A stretch of 64,000 bases of DNA from Clostridiaceae bacterium (GTDB lineage Bacteria > Bacillota > Clostridia > Saccharofermentanales > DTU023): positions 798 to 64,797 of the forward strand of contig JAAZKK010000073.1 of NCBI GenBank assembly GCA_012799825.1, given 5' to 3'. Position numbers and translations under genes: made by a program. Under the pieces are notes generated by a model. That model did no database searches. It worked only from the letters and a program-made list of their open reading frames with translations, and had not been told where the DNA came from. Below, one piece after another: positions 18,649 to 27,742 of this stretch. The first letter of the stretch is position 1; every line of letters starts with the position of its first letter.

Positions 18649-19257
18649 TCAGAAAGCGGCATCAGGTGAATCGACATCATGAGACGAGGGGTCATCGTCA
18701 GTCGTTGCGGCAACATCGGCCAAACAAGCGTCATCAATCGCGGCGACAGCATCATCAGACAAGGTGACACCATCGAGTGAATGGGCGCCATCAGACGCCT
18801 GCCGGTCTTGTTCTTGAAGAATCCGCATCTCTTCGACAAAAGAATGAATGTCGCCGAAGTCGCGATATACGGAGGCAAAGCGAATATACGCAACTTCATC
18901 GAGATTACGAAGATACCGGAGCACCAACTCGCCGATTTTTGATGTTGTGATCTCGCGCTTCATCATGTTGCCGGCCACACGCTCAATCGTATCGATCAGG
19001 CGTTCGATCTGCTCAGTCGTAACGGGGCGCTTCGCGCAACTTTTCATGATACCCATGAGCAGTTTTTCGCGGTCAAACGGCTGCCGGCTCCCGTCTTTTT
19101 TAATGACCATGAGAGGCAGACTTTCCACCTTTTCGTACGTCGTAAAACGCGCGCCGCAAGCGAGGCATTCGCGACGCCTGCGAATGGCCGCCCCGTCTTC
19201 CGCCGGTCGGGAATCGACAACTTTATCGTCGTTGGCATCACAATAAGGACACTTCAA
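18649..19257 (-). CDS. nrdR: transcriptional repressor NrdR with an acidic C-terminal extension of about 50 aa
   Basis: (M/L)KCPYC...CLACGARFTTYE zinc ribbon followed by an ATP-cone. TTG start with aggagg 6 nt upstream. 202 aa, compared with about 150 aa typical from memory. Confidence 0.9.
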   Translation of the reverse strand: MKCPYCDANDDKVVDSRPAEDGAAIRRRRECLACGARFTTYEKVESLPLMVIKKDGSRQPFDREKLLMGIMKSCAKRPVTTEQIERLIDTIERVAGNMMKREITTSKIGELVLRYLRNLDEVAYIRFASVYRDFGDIHSFVEEMRILQEQDRQASDGAHSLDGVTLSDDAVAAIDDACLADVAATTDDDPSSHDVDSPDAAF

Positions 19258-19301
19258 GGGCTACCTCCTATGATGCTTTGTAATACAAGCTTAGACAATG
19301 A

Positions 19302-19323
19302 GGCCGGATCCAAAGATCCGGCC
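19302..19323 (-). terminator. perfect 9-bp GC-rich hairpin between ftsZ and nrdR
   Basis: ggccggatc-caaa-gatccggcc. There is no clear U-tract on either strand, so it may be a weak terminator or a processing/stability hairpin. Confidence 0.35.
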
Positions 19324-19393
19324 GCGATGTTGGTTCTATAAAACAATAACCTCTGCTCCTGAGACGCATCGGTCGGCAATATCAAGTTGCCGA

Positions 19394-20725
19394 TCAGTTA
19401 TCGTCATCTTTCAAAAACCACGGCAGGACGCGTCCTTCAGAACGGCTCTGTCTCGGCCGATTGACCTCACGATCCGGCGAGGGCGCTTCGTCAAGAATAC
19501 GCGGCTGCGGGTTCGACGGCACATTGTCCTGCGCCCTATTGATCACGTCCACCATCTTCTGATCAGGCATCCTCTGGCTCGAACGGCTAAATCCGGTCGC
19601 GTGTCCGCCACTTTGCATCGGTGTATCGCGGCGCGGCTTCAGAAACTCCGGCAAATCATCGATGCTCGCTTTCTGCGTCGCAATCGGACGCGACGGTGCG
19701 GTATAAGACGGAATGGAAGTAGCGGACGATGAGGACTTGATCGTGCGACTCTGTACGCCATCGCCTTCAAAACGGCTGGCAATGATCGTAATGATGAGAT
19801 CATCTTGGATCGTATCATCAATGACGGCGCCAAAGATGATATCAGCATCGGGCGAAACGGCTTCGCGCACTTGTGAAGCGGCTTCGTTGATCTCTTTGAT
19901 CTTAAGATCGTGTCCGCCCGTAAAGTTGATAATGATACTGTGCGCGCCCTCAATGGTCGTATCGAGAAGCGGACTCGACATAGCCTGCTTGACAGCGGTC
20001 GCCGCACGGCTCTCCCCGCTTCCGCGGCCAATGCCCATATGGCAGACACCAGCGTCGGTCATGACGCGACGTACGTCCGCGAGGTCGAGGTTGATCAGAC
20101 CGGGCACCGCGACGAGGTCAGAAATGCTAGAGACGCCGTATTGTAAAACGCGATCAGCAAGACCGAACGCTTCATCCAGCGACGTGTCATCGCTAGCAAT
20201 TTCCAAGAGCTTATCGTTCGGAACGATGATCAGCGAATCAACATGCTGCTGGAGGTCGCGGACGCCTTTCTCGGCATTCTGCCTGCGCCTGGCGCCTTCA
20301 AAACGGAAAGGCATCGTCACCACCGCGACAGTTAAGATACCCAACTTCTCCGCGGCCGCTGCGACGACAGGAGCCGCACCTGTTCCGGTGCCGCCACCCA
20401 TACCTGCCGTGATGAAGAGCATATCCGTGCCTTCAATCGCCTTCGATATTTCTTCTATATTTTCTTCCGCAGACTTCTGACCAATCTCGGGTATAGCGCC
20501 CGCACCGAGTCCGCGTGTGACCTTCTCGCCAATCTGAATGGCTTCGCTGGCCTTTGAGTTGAGCAGAGCTTGGTGATCTGTATTAACGGCAATAAACTCT
20601 ATGCCCTGAACGCCTCCATCAATCATGCGGTTCACTGCGTTGCATCCGCCACCGCCGACACCGACCACACGGATTCTGGCGTATAGATCATCTCTCATTC
20701 CGATATCAAAATTGTAATCTGCCAC
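19394..20725 (-). CDS. ftsZ: cell division GTPase FtsZ
   Basis: [15 protein letters not shown] and the tubulin signature [13 protein letters not shown]. It has a long disordered linker and a basic/hydrophobic C-terminal peptide. Confidence 0.95.
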   Translation of the reverse strand: MADYNFDIGMRDDLYARIRVVGVGGGGCNAVNRMIDGGVQGIEFIAVNTDHQALLNSKASEAIQIGEKVTRGLGAGAIPEIGQKSAEENIEEISKAIEGTDMLFITAGMGGGTGTGAAPVVAAAAEKLGILTVAVVTMPFRFEGARRRQNAEKGVRDLQQHVDSLIIVPNDKLLEIASDDTSLDEAFGLADRVLQYGVSSISDLVAVPGLINLDLADVRRVMTDAGVCHMGIGRGSGESRAATAVKQAMSSPLLDTTIEGAHSIIINFTGGHDLKIKEINEAASQVREAVSPDADIIFGAVIDDTIQDDLIITIIASRFEGDGVQSRTIKSSSSATSIPSYTAPSRPIATQKASIDDLPEFLKPRRDTPMQSGGHATGFSRSSQRMPDQKMVDVINRAQDNVPSNPQPRILDEAPSPDREVNRPRQSRSEGRVLPWFLKDDDN

Positions 20726-20834
20726 AGTAACGAACTCCCTTCGCGTATCTTCCGTGCACTTTAATTGTCATTACAAGCTTACAACTTAAAATTTGAGCAC
20801 TTTAAAATAAAACGATATGCCTGAATTGCATTCT

Positions 20835-20863
20835 ACATTAACGCACTTATTCTGGCAAGTCAA
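20835..20863 (-). promoter_or_regulatory. candidate sigma-A promoter for ftsZ
   Basis: On the minus strand: TTGACT (20863-20858), a 17-nt spacer, then TAATGT (20840-35), about 110 nt upstream of the ftsZ start. Confidence 0.3.
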
Positions 20864-21002
20864 AAATGAAAAGAATTCATGACGAAATGATTAGTTAATA
20901 TTTTTAAAAAAATCATTGTAATGACATGTTTACATATTGCGCGCTCGATTAGCACAGCCGTCATTTCGTTATCCTGAGACAACGTATTTTGCCCCTCTAT
21001 CA

Positions 21003-21374
21003 TCAGTTGTCTTTATCCATACGATTGCGCCGCGCGTTACGCTCTTTCCAGCGCCTTGCGAAAATATTGGCAATATTGCCGATATTTTGAAAAATCCGGT
21101 ACGTAAATACTGCGGCGATCACCAGCGCAAGATCAAACTGCAGTTGAACACCAAGTGCTGTCAAAAGGCCTGCTGCTACGACGTTAACGATCAAACGGAA
21201 AACAAAGCGCGACGCATTGAAAGTCTGCTTAAGGAGTTTCAAATATCCGGACGTCAGAGAGTCGAGTCCGACGAGCGTAAACGTCGTGAGATAAGGAATC
21301 AATTCCTCGGGAATAGGAACATCTAGAAAAAGACCGAGTATTAAACCGATCAGTATGCCGATGAGAATAAACAA
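21003..21374 (-). CDS. sbp: small basic protein Sbp (DUF1290 family)
   Basis: 123 aa with 3-4 TM helices. It has the family-like N-terminus FILIGILIGLILGLFLDVPIP and the RIFQNIGNI...RRW tail. Its position between ftsQ/divIB and ftsZ matches Bacillus ylxX/sbp. TTG start. Confidence 0.7.
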   Translation of the reverse strand: MFILIGILIGLILGLFLDVPIPEELIPYLTTFTLVGLDSLTSGYLKLLKQTFNASRFVFRLIVNVVAAGLLTALGVQLQFDLALVIAAVFTYRIFQNIGNIANIFARRWKERNARRNRMDKDN

Positions 21375-21431
21375 CGATATTTCCTCTCAGACTTACATGT
21401 CACTCAAAGTGGTCATGACATCTCAAGAATG

Positions 21432-22580
21432 TCAGTATGCAGCGTCAGGTTTAAAAACGGATCTTTCACCGGTCATATCCAGCTCACCGGTGCCTCGTTC
21501 TTTGAGTTGCCACGTGTTGATTAATTGGGACAACAATGCCAATTTCTGTTGTAATAACCTGTTGTCCTTTATTTTAACACGTATCTCCCCCCCTTGCTCA
21601 AGCGGAATAAATAGATAATACGTTTCTTTGTCTTCATGTCTTATTTTTCTGACAGCGTCCATCAGGAGAATGCCGCCAGTTTGATCCGCATCATCTTGAC
21701 GGATCATTGCCGCCGTGATGCTGAGGACGGAATTTAGTTCCTCCGGATTTTCAACGGCAATAGGCTTACCCGGCACAGCCGCTTCAAGAAGGCGTACCCC
21801 CTCAAGGATCGGCAAATCAAACTGCGGAGATGAAATCATACGAATGACGTCGAAGTTTCGATCCAATAAGGCGTATCCGTCCGTCAAACGCAACGCAATC
21901 ACTTCTGTCTTCTCGTAGACATCAATCACCACCTGAGACGGAAACCGGAAAGCGACACGCACTTCGCGCAGTATGGGATTGCTCTTTGCGATGCGCTCTT
22001 CAATCTTGCCATATCTGAGCCCAAACCACTGAGCTGCCGAACCGCCGATGCCAAAAATGAAATGTTCGCCGATCGGCTTGTCTACACTCTCCATGATGTC
22101 AGAACTCGAAACGTGCTCAGTCCCTTCAATCACAAAAGACGTAATGTAAAATCCGGGATAATAAATAAAGAATGCAGCGATCCCTAGTAACAGTGCCAAA
22201 ACCAACAGAAACTTCAAAAACCAGCCGCGAAAAAACGAGATTAAGTTTTTGCGCTTTCTTAGACGTTTACTCTCATCAGAGTAAGGCGAAGGCGCAAACG
22301 TTTGGGGATAACCGTCCTGAGCTCCTTTTCTACTGAGATAAGGTTCATTTTTTTGGCGCTCCGGAGCGTTGGAAGACTGATTTTTGCCCGAAGAAGCAGA
22401 AGACTTTTTTGAAGGAGCGCGACGTCTTTGTGCATTCGCCGATCGAGATGACGCGCGCTTGGGCGTCGGCGCGTATCCGTCGCGTCGACCGGAAGATCGC
22501 GAGTCCCGTTCATTTCGATAATCAGGACGTTGACGTCCGTCGCTCCTTGATGAGTTCACCTTCCGGCGCGTCATGATCAC
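21432..22580 (-). CDS. ftsQ: cell division protein FtsQ/DivIB (basic disordered N-terminus, TM helix, POTRA)
   Basis: A single TM helix (FLKFLLVLALLLGIAAFFIY) is followed by a POTRA-like region (ITSFVIEGTEHVSSSDI). dcw position fits. The start overlaps the murG stop. Confidence 0.75.
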   Translation of the reverse strand: MIMTRRKVNSSRSDGRQRPDYRNERDSRSSGRRDGYAPTPKRASSRSANAQRRRAPSKKSSASSGKNQSSNAPERQKNEPYLSRKGAQDGYPQTFAPSPYSDESKRLRKRKNLISFFRGWFLKFLLVLALLLGIAAFFIYYPGFYITSFVIEGTEHVSSSDIMESVDKPIGEHFIFGIGGSAAQWFGLRYGKIEERIAKSNPILREVRVAFRFPSQVVIDVYEKTEVIALRLTDGYALLDRNFDVIRMISSPQFDLPILEGVRLLEAAVPGKPIAVENPEELNSVLSITAAMIRQDDADQTGGILLMDAVRKIRHEDKETYYLFIPLEQGGEIRVKIKDNRLLQQKLALLSQLINTWQLKERGTGELDMTGERSVFKPDAAY

Positions 22581-23713
22581 GCACCGTCCATCATCTTAAA
22601 CGTTTTCTCGACGATCTTTTCAGCGGCATCCATGACAGCAAGTTCGCCCGCCTTCTTGCCCATGAGTTCTAGCGCTTCCGGGTCGGAGATCAACTGTTCG
22701 ATCGTGTTGAGAAGAACATTCGCGTTAAAGATACGATCTTTGCACACACGGCTCGCGCCTGCGGCTTTCATGATGCGCGCGTTCTCATTCTGATGGTTGT
22801 CTGCCGCATAAGGGAACGGAACCAGCACGGAAGGTTTCGCCAAGGCCGTCACCTCCGCCAACGTCATCGCGCCGGCGCGCCCGATGTAGAGATCTGAAGC
22901 CGATAACCAAAGCGGAAGATCTTCGATGTAATTGTGTGCCTGCACATGCGGAATGCTGTTTAATCTCTCCGCCATAGACGGGTCGCGAAGCTGACCTGTG
23001 CTAACAACCACCTGCGCTTCGGGATAGCGTTTAAGAAAATGAAGCCACCCTTCCCTCGCTTCTGTACCAAGACCTTCAACGGCTTCGTTCACCGTCTGCG
23101 CCCCGAGACTTCCACCCGTAATGAGAATCAAAAATGTGTCGGGTTCAAGACCAAGCTCATGGCGCGATGATTTTTTATCGAGCGTTTGAAAAATAGATCG
23201 AACCGGGTTTCCGGAGAAAGCTAGGGAAACATTGTCTCCAAAATTTGAGCGACTCGCCTCGTAAGAAATAAAGACACATCGAGCGCCCTTGGCAAACAGA
23301 CGGTTGGCACGGCCGGGTATAGAATTCTGCTCATGAAGAAAATAGGGTACACGACAAAGGCGCGCGGCTGCAATTAAGGGACCTGTCACATAACCCCCTG
23401 TTCCAAAGACGAACGATGGGCGCTCCTTGCGAAGGAAGAACAGACTTGACACAATGCCGCGAAGATTCTTCAAAAACCAAGTGACGTAACTGCCGACGCG
23501 TTTGACAGGAAGCGGGTACGCAGAAATTGAATAAAACTCAAATCCTGCTTTACGCACACTGGACTCCTCAAGACTTCCTTTTTCACCGCAAAACACGATA
23601 CGCATGGAGGGCGACGCCTCATGGAAAGCGTCAGCGATAGAGAGCGCGGGATAAATGTGTCCGCCTGTACCGCCGGCGCCCAATATCAACGTATGAGTGC
23701 TTTGCTTTGTCAT
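22577..23713 (-). CDS. murG: UDP-N-acetylglucosamine--N-acetylmuramyl-(pentapeptide) pyrophosphoryl-undecaprenol GlcNAc transferase
   Basis: LGAGGTGGHIYPAL motif and GRAGAMTLAEV near the C-terminus. The ATG at 23713 was chosen; the track ORF is 28 codons longer and overlaps ftsW. Confidence 0.9.
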   Translation of the reverse strand: MTKQSTHTLILGAGGTGGHIYPALSIADAFHEASPSMRIVFCGEKGSLEESSVRKAGFEFYSISAYPLPVKRVGSYVTWFLKNLRGIVSSLFFLRKERPSFVFGTGGYVTGPLIAAARLCRVPYFLHEQNSIPGRANRLFAKGARCVFISYEASRSNFGDNVSLAFSGNPVRSIFQTLDKKSSRHELGLEPDTFLILITGGSLGAQTVNEAVEGLGTEAREGWLHFLKRYPEAQVVVSTGQLRDPSMAERLNSIPHVQAHNYIEDLPLWLSASDLYIGRAGAMTLAEVTALAKPSVLVPFPYAADNHQNENARIMKAAGASRVCKDRIFNANVLLNTIEQLISDPEALELMGKKAGELAVMDAAEKIVEKTFKMMDGA

Positions 23714-23733
23714 GCCTCCGTCCTTAAGTTCGA

Positions 23734-25221
23734 TCAATTTTCCTCCATAATTATCGAAAGCTCCTGATCTGCCTCTGTCGCAGATTTGGAGATGCAAAGC
23801 AACATCCCCACCGCTGCGCAGAAGAACAGGTTCGACGTGCCGCCATAACTGAAAAATGGCAACGATATCCCCGTGGCAGGCATGATACCCACCGCCACGC
23901 CCATATTCAAAAAGGCTTGTAAAACGATAAAAATCGTATACCCGGCGGCGGCAAGCCGAGCCATTTTGCTATTTGCTCGACGCGCGATAGAAAGCCCACA
24001 TACAAGAAACAGTAAGAAAAGCGCCATCACCGTTAAGACACCTACAAACCCCAATTCCTCGCCGACGATCGGAAAAATAAAGTCGTTGTGAGCTTCCGAA
24101 AGCCAGTTTAATTTTTGCACACTCGTTCCAAAGCCCTTGCCTGAAAAACCGCCTGAGCCGAGCGCGATCTCGGCTTGCGTGACCTGCATGCGCTCATCCG
24201 AGGTGGCCGCTTCGGGATTGTTGAACGTGCTCACACGCTGTCTGGCGTACGAAAAACGGGCATCCACCATCGCGGAGAACGAAGTGTGTTCGTCATCGAA
24301 ATAAGGATATAGCACGGCTACCAAAGTAAGCAAGACGAGCACGATCGCCAGCACCTGCAATCCTCCCAGAATTAAAGATCTTTTTGGAATACCGGCAAGA
24401 AAGAACATGACAAGCGTCAGTAGAATCAAGATGATCGCACCTGAAAGGTGCGGCTGGATCAGAACAAGCACCACCCAAAGCAGTGACATGAGCGCCGGCT
24501 TCGTCACATCGATGTACGCTTTTTTCCACACGCTTTGACGAGCACGGGACACAGCATTGCGATCATCACGGCGCACATCGCGCACATCGCGCGAAGAAGA
24601 CGCCAACGCTCTTACACCGGCCTGCTGTTCGCGTCGGCGTTCGTACGAACGCACAGTAAAATAATTGGCAAGGAAAAATATCAGTGCGATCTTCGCTAAT
24701 TCGGAAGGCTGAAAGCTAAATGCTCCAAGGTTTAACCAGCGGCGCGCACCATTGATAGGTGCGCTGAAAGGACACGCCACAAGGAGCGGCGCCACCAAAA
24801 ACCAGACAAAATAGCCTAATCTTTTACGTGTAAGCTGTCGGAACGGAACAAAAAAGGCGAACACTATGGACAATAAGACAGAAATCAACGTGACGCCGGC
24901 ATGTCGACGTGCCAAATGCGAGGCATCCGCTTCAGGTATCACCGCGACAACCGGCGGTTCCTCAATGCCATCCGTTTTAGAGGTCGCGTAATCGACGCTT
25001 GTCATGACAAAACTAGTTCCGTAACTTGCGCTAAACATCATGAGAAAGCCGAACGCAAGCAAAAGAAACCAGCAAATAAGAAGCGGTAAAGACATCCGAT
25101 AATTCGAAAACAGCGCGTGCTCATCCGGACCTGAGCTGTAACGCGGTTCAGGCGGCTGCGCGGTATCTTCATTTTTCTTAACAGGCAATATACGTGTCGC
25201 TTTCAGCCAATTCATCGCCAT
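23734..25221 (-). CDS. ftsW: SEDS-family peptidoglycan glycosyltransferase FtsW (SpoVE-like)
   Basis: Polytopic protein with the SEDS C-terminal motifs (HNDFIFPIVGEELG, PATGISLPFFSYGGTS). dcw position fits. Confidence 0.85.
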   Translation of the reverse strand: MAMNWLKATRILPVKKNEDTAQPPEPRYSSGPDEHALFSNYRMSLPLLICWFLLLAFGFLMMFSASYGTSFVMTSVDYATSKTDGIEEPPVVAVIPEADASHLARRHAGVTLISVLLSIVFAFFVPFRQLTRKRLGYFVWFLVAPLLVACPFSAPINGARRWLNLGAFSFQPSELAKIALIFFLANYFTVRSYERRREQQAGVRALASSSRDVRDVRRDDRNAVSRARQSVWKKAYIDVTKPALMSLLWVVLVLIQPHLSGAIILILLTLVMFFLAGIPKRSLILGGLQVLAIVLVLLTLVAVLYPYFDDEHTSFSAMVDARFSYARQRVSTFNNPEAATSDERMQVTQAEIALGSGGFSGKGFGTSVQKLNWLSEAHNDFIFPIVGEELGFVGVLTVMALFLLFLVCGLSIARRANSKMARLAAAGYTIFIVLQAFLNMGVAVGIMPATGISLPFFSYGGTSNLFFCAAVGMLLCISKSATEADQELSIIMEEN

Positions 25222-25236
25222 CTCGCCACCCTCTCT

Positions 25237-26256
25237 CTAAAGAATATATCCCGTTGTGAAAAGCACACCTGCCAGTGCGCCCGCGACACCGACGAGCACA
25301 AATGCCCTAACGACTTTCGTCTCATGCCAGCCCATGTACTCAAAATGGTGGTGTAGCGGCGCCATTTTGAATATACGTTTTCCTTTCGTCGCTTTAAAAT
25401 AAGTTACCTGTATGAGTACCGACATGCCCTCAGCCACAAACACTACTCCGGTCAGAAGCACGAGCCACGGCATACCGGAAAAACACGTCATGAGAGCAAA
25501 ACCTGCGCCGAGCGCAAGTGAGCCCGTATCGCCCATGAACACTTGTGCCGGATACCGGTTAAAGATAAGAAAGCCGAGCACTCCTCCCAAGATCGCCAAA
25601 GAGCAGGTCATCAGACCGGAAGCGATCTTTAAAACATTGGCCAAAAGACCAAAGGAAAAAAATAGTCCGGACATTGCCACTGCCATCAAAGAGGACAGCA
25701 GACCATCAAGTCCATCCGTAATGTTGACAGAATTGCTGGTGTAAAAAAGAAACAGTGTTATAAAAACGGCGTAGAGTACTTTCCAAGCACCGGTGATCGG
25801 AATGATCCGCGTCGCAAAGGGCAGCAAAAGAAAGGATCCTGAATCAGAAAACCAGACGGTGTAAACGGACGCCGCGACAGAGACGACACCAAGGAGCACA
25901 GTTTTCTGCCTGACATTCAATCCCTCTTTAGAAATATGAACTTTGATATAGTCATCTATAAACCCCACGCCGCCAAAGAGCGCCATAAAGAGGACAATCA
26001 CACAAACATCGCGCGCATCGTCCAAAACAAACAACATGACAATAGCGAAAAGAACAAGCGGAATCAAAAAAAACAGACCGCCAAACGTCGGTGTTCCCGA
26101 TTTCTCCAGATGTGTTTTTGGACCCTCATCACGCACCTGCTGCCCATGGCTTCTCGCCCTGATGCGAGGCAGGAGAAAACGACCGCAGACGACCGTCATA
26201 ACGAAAACAGCCAGAGCGGAAATACATGACCGAAGGACGTCCTCTAACGCAAACAT
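25237..26256 (-). CDS. mraY: phospho-N-acetylmuramoyl-pentapeptide transferase
   Basis: Motifs KxGTPTFGG, NSVNITDGLDGL, VFMGDTGSLALG and APLHHHFE. The ATG at 26256 lies 1 nt after the murF stop. Confidence 0.9.
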   Translation of the reverse strand: MFALEDVLRSCISALAVFVMTVVCGRFLLPRIRARSHGQQVRDEGPKTHLEKSGTPTFGGLFFLIPLVLFAIVMLFVLDDARDVCVIVLFMALFGGVGFIDDYIKVHISKEGLNVRQKTVLLGVVSVAASVYTVWFSDSGSFLLLPFATRIIPITGAWKVLYAVFITLFLFYTSNSVNITDGLDGLLSSLMAVAMSGLFFSFGLLANVLKIASGLMTCSLAILGGVLGFLIFNRYPAQVFMGDTGSLALGAGFALMTCFSGMPWLVLLTGVVFVAEGMSVLIQVTYFKATKGKRIFKMAPLHHHFEYMGWHETKVVRAFVLVGVAGALAGVLFTTGYIL

Positions 26257-26257
26257 C

Positions 26258-27739
26258 TCAATGATTACCCCACACTTTGCGCACTTCGTCCAAGATATAT
26301 TCAAGACCGTAATAACGCGATCCCTTAATGATCAAAAAGTCACCGGGACGGAGCTCTTCTAAGACAGAAGGCAAAGCCTGTGCTGACGATTCAAACCATC
26401 CGACGAACCGATCGCGCGTAGCCTCCTCCTCTAATAGGGCGTCGCGCGTCGCCTCAGTCTCTTTGCCGACAAGTATGACGCGGTCAACGCCGGCATCTCT
26501 AATGTCCGAAGCGGCTTCCTGATGCGCCCGGCGAGAATACTGTCCGAGTTCGCGCATGCCGCCGATCACCGCGACAATCCTCCGACCCCCGGCAAGCAGC
26601 TCTGATGTTCTAAGTGCCGCTCCAAGCGATTCCGGCGCCGCGTTGTAAGCATCATTCAGGATATCGAGGCAAGGTAAACACAACCACTCCTGGCGGCTTT
26701 CTGTCATCACGAAGCGCTTCGCGCCCATTGCCGCTTCCTGCATATTGAGTCCGAGAACGTACGCGGAAGCCAGACCGAACAGCGCGGCATGAACGAGGTG
26801 AATACCCGGATATGGAATAAAGATAGGCCAGCGTTCATCCGGTGCCAAATTCGATCGACCGATAAACGAAAGGCCTTTCTCACGATCAACGTGGACGTGC
26901 TCTGCCCAAAAAACGGGCACACCGTCTCTTTCCAGACGACCGACATTGTGCTCACTGGCGACGTACCAGATCGAAATGCGATTGTGGTGTTCCATGACCC
27001 ACGATTCTAAAAGAGGGTCATCACCGTTGACAATCAAAATGCTATTGTCTTTCATACCGTCAACGATAGAAATTTTTTCTTTCAAAATATCCATCATTGA
27101 GCCAACGTGCTCGGCGTGCGACATGCCGATTCCCGTGACGATGCCGACGTCCGGCACGGCAATCTTTGCCAGCTTTGAAATTTCACCTCGCCGATCCATC
27201 GCCAACTCAGCGACCAGAACGTCAGTCTCCGGACAGGTCGACAAAATCGTGCGCGGCAAACCGACTTGATTATTAAAATTGCGCTCAGATTGTTCGGCTT
27301 TCACTTGAGATGTGATCATCTGGTAAATCATGCGACGCGTCGTCGTCTTGCCCACACTCCCCGTCACACCGATGATATTCGCGTTAAGTACGGTGCGAAA
27401 TCCCTTGGCCATATCCTGATAGGCCTGCCACGTATCTTCTACGACAAGGACATCCGGTGCGTCATCGTCATGACAGAGACGCTCGAGAATAGTGGCAAGG
27501 CCTGTGGCACCGCGCTCACAGACGACCATACCGGCCTGCTTTTTGATCGCTTCTTCCAAGAAATCATGCCCATCAAATTTATCGCCTTTCAAAGGCACAA
27601 AAACCTCACCGGGCGCGAGCGTGCGCGTATCGGTCGAAATCGACGGATAATAGCGTTCAGGATCCGCTGCGTGAACGCAGGTCTGGAATAGTTCTCCTTT
27701 TGTCCACAGCTTGAGCTGTGCGGGCAAAAATCGTGTCAT
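26258..27739 (-). CDS. murF: UDP-N-acetylmuramoyl-tripeptide--D-alanyl-D-alanine ligase
   Basis: N-terminal STDTRTLAPGEVFVPLKGDKFDGHDF and the Mur ligase P-loop GVTGSVGKTTT. dcw position fits. Confidence 0.85.
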   Translation of the reverse strand: MTRFLPAQLKLWTKGELFQTCVHAADPERYYPSISTDTRTLAPGEVFVPLKGDKFDGHDFLEEAIKKQAGMVVCERGATGLATILERLCHDDDAPDVLVVEDTWQAYQDMAKGFRTVLNANIIGVTGSVGKTTTRRMIYQMITSQVKAEQSERNFNNQVGLPRTILSTCPETDVLVAELAMDRRGEISKLAKIAVPDVGIVTGIGMSHAEHVGSMMDILKEKISIVDGMKDNSILIVNGDDPLLESWVMEHHNRISIWYVASEHNVGRLERDGVPVFWAEHVHVDREKGLSFIGRSNLAPDERWPIFIPYPGIHLVHAALFGLASAYVLGLNMQEAAMGAKRFVMTESRQEWLCLPCLDILNDAYNAAPESLGAALRTSELLAGGRRIVAVIGGMRELGQYSRRAHQEAASDIRDAGVDRVILVGKETEATRDALLEEEATRDRFVGWFESSAQALPSVLEELRPGDFLIIKGSRYYGLEYILDEVRKVWGNH

Positions 27740-27742
27740 AGG

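Noticed and set aside
18642-18899. 85-aa minus-strand ORF overlapping the 3' part of nrdR in another frame.
   Set aside because: It is embedded in the nrdR coding region and acidic tail. Its repetitive LMxxRLM product reflects the repeat composition of the tail in a shifted frame.
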